NCBI GenBank assembly: GCA_048882485.1
Contig: JBHLRP010000008.1
Coordinates: forward strand, 1-64,000
Length of the DNA stretch: 64,000 nucleotides
Direction of reading: 5' to 3'
DNA from: Candidatus Thorarchaeota archaeon
GTDB taxonomy: Archaea > Asgardarchaeota > Thorarchaeia > Thorarchaeales > Thorarchaeaceae
Part shown: positions 59,440 to 64,000 of the stretch, one piece after another
Layout: each line of letters starts with the position of its first letter
Numbering within the stretch: the stretch's first letter is position 1
Program-made: the position numbers and the translations under genes
The notes under the pieces: model-generated
The model's database searches: none
Seen by the model: the letters and a program-made list of their open reading frames with translations, nothing else
What the model was told of the DNA's origin: nothing

Positions 59440-60879
59440 ATGCGAATTAAGACTCACCAAAAACTGTTGACAAGCGTTGGCGTCGACATTGGCACTTCTA
59501 CATCACACGTTGTCTTTAGTAGCATCCTTCTTGAAAGAAACCTAAAGAGCCGTACCGAGAAGTTTGAGATCAAAGAAAAGAAAGTACTTCACAAGGGGCC
59601 CATTCATTTCACGCCCCTCTCTGGCCCAGACACAATCGATTTTGAGGCTCTCAGGAATCTCATTCTTGCAGACTACGCTGATGCTGGTTTCGAGCTTACT
59701 CAAATAGATACAGGCGCCGTGATTATCACAGGGGAGACCGCACGCAAAGAGAACGCTGAGGAAATAGTGGAAGCTCTTGCAGGTGAAACCGGAAAATTCG
59801 TGGCAGCAACAGCTGGACCCAATTTTGAAAGTGTCTTGGCGGCTCATGGTGCTGGAGCTGTGATGAAGTCCGCAGAAAGAGGTCTGACCATTTTGTCTTG
59901 TGACATCGGGGGTGGGTCATCGAATATTGCAGTCTGCAGAGATGGGAAGGTGTTCGCGACCGCAGCGATCAATGTTGGCGGTCGTTTGGTAGCAACTGAT
60001 GATGCAGGTACTATTATCCGACTCGAGGAAACTGGAAAGCGACTTGGCGAAAAGGTCGGCCTCAGCCTGAAGCTGGGCCAATATCTTGACGAACCCTCAA
60101 AGCAACTATTGGCACAAGCACTTGCTGATGCTCTCATTGAAGCCATAGAAGGGAAGCAGGGGTCAGAGATCACAAACATGCTAATGATGACTCCTCCTCT
60201 CGCCTTTCAGGACAAAGTGGATGAAGTCATGTTCTCTGGCGGCGTTGCTGAGTTTATCTATGGGCTAGAAACCAATGAGTATAATGACCTAGGACAATTG
60301 CTGGCTCAATCAATTGTGAAATTGGTCGATAAGTACGAGATTCCAATGGCGGAGCCAGAACACCGCATCCGCGCAACTGTGATTGGTGCAGGCCAATCAA
60401 GTCTTCAAGTGAGCGGGTCAACAACCTTCCTTTCCTCAGGGCTGGAATATCCACTGAGGAATCTGCCCGTCATCACTCCCCATGTGCCGAAAGGAAAGAC
60501 AACAATGGAGAAAGTGCGGGATGCAATCCAGAATGCTCTCAAGAGATTTGATATCAAGGAAGGCATTGATCCTCTTATTCTTGCTTTTGAGGATGCAGTC
60601 CGTCCATCCTATGAAAGCCTCACCGAATTTGCCAAGGGTATTGTAGCTGGTTTGCCTAGAACCACTGCTAATAGTTCGCCTATTTTGATGTGCTTTGACA
60701 CAGATATAGGCAATAGTGTCGGAAATGTGATTAAGCGCGAGACTGGGGTGACCAATGAGATTCTTTCCATTGATGAGATATCTCTGCATGAAGGTGATTT
60801 CGTCGACATTGGCGAGCCTATAATTGAAAACGTCGTGGTTCCAGTAGTCGTAAAGACACTGGTCTTCGAGGAACGATAG
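59440..60879 (+). CDS. eutA: EutA-family (ethanolamine ammonia-lyase reactivating factor) ASKHA ATPase
   Basis: SVGVDIGTSTS, GAVIITGETARKENA, FVAATAGPNFES, DIGGGSSN, IRATVIGAG and VPVVVKTLVF motifs. Confidence 0.9.
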   Translation: MRIKTHQKLLTSVGVDIGTSTSHVVFSSILLERNLKSRTEKFEIKEKKVLHKGPIHFTPLSGPDTIDFEALRNLILADYADAGFELTQIDTGAVIITGETARKENAEEIVEALAGETGKFVAATAGPNFESVLAAHGAGAVMKSAERGLTILSCDIGGGSSNIAVCRDGKVFATAAINVGGRLVATDDAGTIIRLEETGKRLGEKVGLSLKLGQYLDEPSKQLLAQALADALIEAIEGKQGSEITNMLMMTPPLAFQDKVDEVMFSGGVAEFIYGLETNEYNDLGQLLAQSIVKLVDKYEIPMAEPEHRIRATVIGAGQSSLQVSGSTTFLSSGLEYPLRNLPVITPHVPKGKTTMEKVRDAIQNALKRFDIKEGIDPLILAFEDAVRPSYESLTEFAKGIVAGLPRTTANSSPILMCFDTDIGNSVGNVIKRETGVTNEILSIDEISLHEGDFVDIGEPIIENVVVPVVVKTLVFEER

Positions 60880-60887
60880 GAGGGCAA

Positions 60888-62183
60888 TTATCCTTCATCT
60901 GTCACCCACAAGTCGTCAGATTTGGCCCAATCTGCTTTATGAGGATCTGATTCTGAGCTCGAACCAATCTCCGATGATGATTCCATTTTCGAAGGTTCTA
61001 GGCTCGATTTAGTATCATGTGCAGATTTAATGTTCGGTGACCGCAGGCTCCTTAGTTTCGAGAGTATCAAATATGTAAAAGGAACTCTTACAGTGACGTG
61101 AGCTTCGGAATGAATAGCCTGCTTTCCTGATGGCGGGTTGCCCATTACCACAATCTCTGGATCCTTCTCAAACCACATCTGGACTGCCTTATCTTCCCAA
61201 ATGGTTTGCCTGGGAGGAATCTGCTTTTGGAGAAAGACAACTAGAAAACCTAACACAATCAACACGGGGATTGGGAAAGCTGTCATAAATGGCGATATAA
61301 TCATGAAGAAGGCAGCTGGCGCTATAATCGATAGTGCAGCATAGGCAAGAACCCTCGTCTTTTCAGTGTGAGTCTGTATGTATTGAAGAACTGAATATGC
61401 AAATACAAGCGAGAAAATATTCATCAAATATGTCAAAATCACGCCAACTGCGGGCAATATGTAGAATGAAACGTAACCATATCCAAAGCCTGACGTATAG
61501 TATCCTATCCAAATTGCCGTTGTCATACCAAAATTCAATCCCGTCTCGTAGGGACTGAAGTAAGAGTAGAAATACGCAATGCTTGGGAAGCAGAGTGCTA
61601 TTATCCCTAGGATATAACTTAGAATCCCGAATCTGCCTGGGCGAATGCCCCCTTCATGAATCAAGGACTCGGGTGTCTGAGAGAAGTACGCTGCTTTTCT
61701 GTCAGAGTCAATATACGAACCCTGCCGACCCAACACCGGAAGGACCACAAACACTGCTATCACCCATGGAACAATCGATTGAATCATGGAACCTCCATAG
61801 TATGGCACAGGTACATACGGGCTGCCATAGGGCACAAGAATCGACAGAGGATATACTATGAGTGATATGAAAACCGCCGCAGCTAATGCCATCTTCTTGA
61901 TTGCCTTTTCCCTAGGTTGCTGAGTCAGCCATCTAGTGAAATAGATTCCAGGAAAACACACGGCAATTGCCAGCCCAATTGTAAGGAAATCGAAGGAGAT
62001 TGGAGAATAGGATGGAGGCTGCATGTAGTAGTCATAGTATGGGTACATTCCAAATGAGAAGATTAGGGATACGTATTGAAAAGATATGGGAACAGCAAAT
62101 TCAATGTTTAGAGCAAGAGGTACAATTAAAATGGCAATCATCCTGATGATAGTCTTGGCCAGGAAACTTCGATTCAAGTCCAA
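60888..62183 (-). CDS. Hypothetical polytopic membrane protein
   Basis: Multiple Tyr/Pro-rich TM segments and a Ser-rich soluble tail. Confidence 0.75.
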   Translation of the reverse strand: MDLNRSFLAKTIIRMIAILIVPLALNIEFAVPISFQYVSLIFSFGMYPYYDYYMQPPSYSPISFDFLTIGLAIAVCFPGIYFTRWLTQQPREKAIKKMALAAAVFISLIVYPLSILVPYGSPYVPVPYYGGSMIQSIVPWVIAVFVVLPVLGRQGSYIDSDRKAAYFSQTPESLIHEGGIRPGRFGILSYILGIIALCFPSIAYFYSYFSPYETGLNFGMTTAIWIGYYTSGFGYGYVSFYILPAVGVILTYLMNIFSLVFAYSVLQYIQTHTEKTRVLAYAALSIIAPAAFFMIISPFMTAFPIPVLIVLGFLVVFLQKQIPPRQTIWEDKAVQMWFEKDPEIVVMGNPPSGKQAIHSEAHVTVRVPFTYLILSKLRSLRSPNIKSAHDTKSSLEPSKMESSSEIGSSSESDPHKADWAKSDDLWVTDEG

Positions 62184-62316
62184 CCCTCAGTTCCTCTTGA
62201 CAGGTGAACTTTCGCATCTTTCTCTAATAAGCCTATCAATAGAATGAAGTCTGTATCACTTGGTGCTTTGGGAGAATTGAAATAGGTGAATATTCCGACA
62301 CGAGAAATGAATTGAG

Positions 62317-63237
62317 ATGATGCAGGAAACTCCTCCCGATTTCTTAGTCGATCCGATTGCCTATCTACAATTCTACTGGAATCAAATTTCACCCTATGTT
62401 TTCCTTGTAGCTACGCTCATCGTTATCGGGTTGATCTACATTATTGTGACAAGATTGGCAAAGAGATCCTTGCTGGCTCTTGGAATGGGAAGAGAGGCTA
62501 CAATTGGACTTGTACTCATTCTCAGGCTTATCTTCTTCATGTTTGCAGTCTTAATGCTAGTTAGCTTTTTCGAAGCGAGTTATACAGCAATACTCTCAAT
62601 ATCAGCGATTTTTGGTACTGCACTCGGTCTCGCTTTCTCAACCGCCCTTAGCAATATTGTGAGCGGTCTCTATGTGTTAACTGCTAGACCTTTTAGAGTA
62701 GGAGACTACGTGCGGATTGGTTCAGTCGAAGGAATAGTCCGGGAAATTACTCTCAACTACACTCGCGTCTTATTGACTGATGAAAACATTCAGCTTGTGC
62801 CGAACAATAAAGTTGTCAGTAGTGAGGTCACAAATTTCAGGATAGACCTGTCGAAATACATTGAGAAGAAACAGGAGGAGGCCCTTCAAGAAGCAGATAC
62901 TAGGCATTCATACCGAGAAACACTTGATGAAGCATGGAAACAGCTCAAAATGCTTACATCAGAAGAATTCGCGTATAGATATACCTTCGACATTAATGTC
63001 CATATGAATCAAGATCACATGGCGATACTCAAGACTTTTGATGAAGTCTGTGATAAGTGGTCGAATGTATTCTTAACCCGCCCCAATTACATCGTGTGGG
63101 CCAAGCCAGTTGCTGCCATCACTTACAGATTCTCATTCATAGTAAGTGATCCCATGGTGATCATCAAAAGAGGCTCTGACTTTATGCAAGAACTCCTGAC
63201 CAACTATTATGAATCCACTGAATCCATTCAAGAGTGA
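62317..63237 (+). CDS. mscS: Small-conductance mechanosensitive channel family protein
   Basis: LGLAF..LSNIVSG..RPFRVGD..GIVREITLNYT..VPN motif. Confidence 0.88.
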   Translation: MMQETPPDFLVDPIAYLQFYWNQISPYVFLVATLIVIGLIYIIVTRLAKRSLLALGMGREATIGLVLILRLIFFMFAVLMLVSFFEASYTAILSISAIFGTALGLAFSTALSNIVSGLYVLTARPFRVGDYVRIGSVEGIVREITLNYTRVLLTDENIQLVPNNKVVSSEVTNFRIDLSKYIEKKQEEALQEADTRHSYRETLDEAWKQLKMLTSEEFAYRYTFDINVHMNQDHMAILKTFDEVCDKWSNVFLTRPNYIVWAKPVAAITYRFSFIVSDPMVIIKRGSDFMQELLTNYYESTESIQE

Positions 63238-63313
63238 AAGCAGAGAGTATGAGAAAGAAGAGAATAGAGGCATAAGCGTTTACTTCGTCTATGCCTCCAA
63301 ATAATAACAAGCT

Positions 63314-63817
63314 CTAATATCTGCGATCACGGTCGCGTTCTCGATATCCGCCGCCGCCACGTCTATCTCTGTAGCCACCACCACCGCGACGGTCTCTGTA
63401 GCCTCCCCCGCCGTAGCCGCCACGTCCTCCATATCTCCTTGGTGGACGTTCATGCTCTTCGGCTGAGAGATCGTTTTCCTCGTTGACTTCTTCAATTGGC
63501 TCCTCAGCTTCATTGATGATGCCGTATCTACCAATATTGAGTCGAAGATTCCTCTGAAAGAGTCCAGTATATCCGTTTTCAAGCTTGTAGGTCTTGCCAA
63601 CCTCCAGTGCGTCAATGGAGTCATCCCATAGGGGCATTACGACTATGCCACTGGCATCTCCAATGACAATGTCTGCAACACGATGGGTTTCGCCATCATG
63701 CCTTGAGGTCACCTCGCGAGCCTCGCCCTTTGATAGGACCTTGAACGAAATTGTCAGGTTCTTCATACGGGGTTTAAGGTCTGAGATGATAGCAAGAACA
63801 GGTTCCGGTTCGCTCAT
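63314..63817 (-). CDS. ssb: Crenarchaeal-type single-OB SSB with RGG/RD-rich tail
   Basis: ISDLKP..V..K..RVADI.IGDASG..LWD..NGY..LNIGRYG; acidic linker and Gly/Arg tail. Confidence 0.88.
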   Translation of the reverse strand: MSEPEPVLAIISDLKPRMKNLTISFKVLSKGEAREVTSRHDGETHRVADIVIGDASGIVVMPLWDDSIDALEVGKTYKLENGYTGLFQRNLRLNIGRYGIINEAEEPIEEVNEENDLSAEEHERPPRRYGGRGGYGGGGYRDRRGGGGYRDRRGGGGYRERDRDRRY

Positions 63818-63857
63818 GTTAAATCACTCTAGTTTCGGAGTAACAGGTTTGCAAAAC

Positions 63858-63936
63858 GAGTAGGGGTCATCCGGGAATCGGCCCGGGAATCGGGATCGTA
63901 TTCATTGGTGACGACAGGCTCGTCTTACCTGCACTC
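63858..63936 (-). promoter_or_regulatory. Structured 5' leader of ssb
   Basis: 11-nt direct repeat CCGGGAATCGG (63871-63881, 63883-63893), each a mini hairpin on the minus strand; hairpin at 63907-63929; TATA-like TTTATTA ~63956-63962. Confidence 0.45.
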
Positions 63937-64000
63937 CTAGACCACTCAGTTTTCCTAATAAAGCTGTGTGAGGGGTCGAAATGTCATCTATCCCTAGCCT

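Overview
Gene-dense archaeal chromosomal segment with about 62 CDSs and frequent TTG/GTG starts. It is most consistent with an Asgard archaeon, probably Thorarchaeota. This is an inference from a stand-alone gelsolin-domain protein, an EMC3/TMCO1 insertase, an LRR protein, GIFT/DUF4350 surface-protein architecture, a crenarchaeal-type SSB, cofE and a geranylgeranyl reductase. I found no rRNA, tRNA, CRISPR array, transposase or integrase. Most genes are metabolic or transport genes (ade, cofE, dinB, sfsA, eutA, P1B ATPase, MoxR/vWA, flotillin, MscS). The best candidates for something new are six items. (1) A ~1.4 kb gene-free gap (6690-8150) holds an AT-rich oriC-like segment with repeated TTTCCA/TGGAAA motifs, followed by a strongly base-paired ~200-270 nt plus-strand RNA of unknown class. 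(2) A three-gene cluster has two translationally coupled zinc-ribbon/B-box membrane proteins and a divergent CYSTM-like Cys-rich tail-anchored microprotein. (3) A PAS-PAS histidine kinase carries a C-terminal CxxC thioredoxin domain. (4) A gelsolin-domain gene appears co-transcribed with a wHTH regulator. (5) An NfeD/flotillin locus has a 110-aa His/acidic repeat and structured leaders. (6) An SSB has a YRDRRGGGG repeat tail and a tandem-hairpin leader. All calls come from motif recognition by eye; no database searches or folding programs were run.
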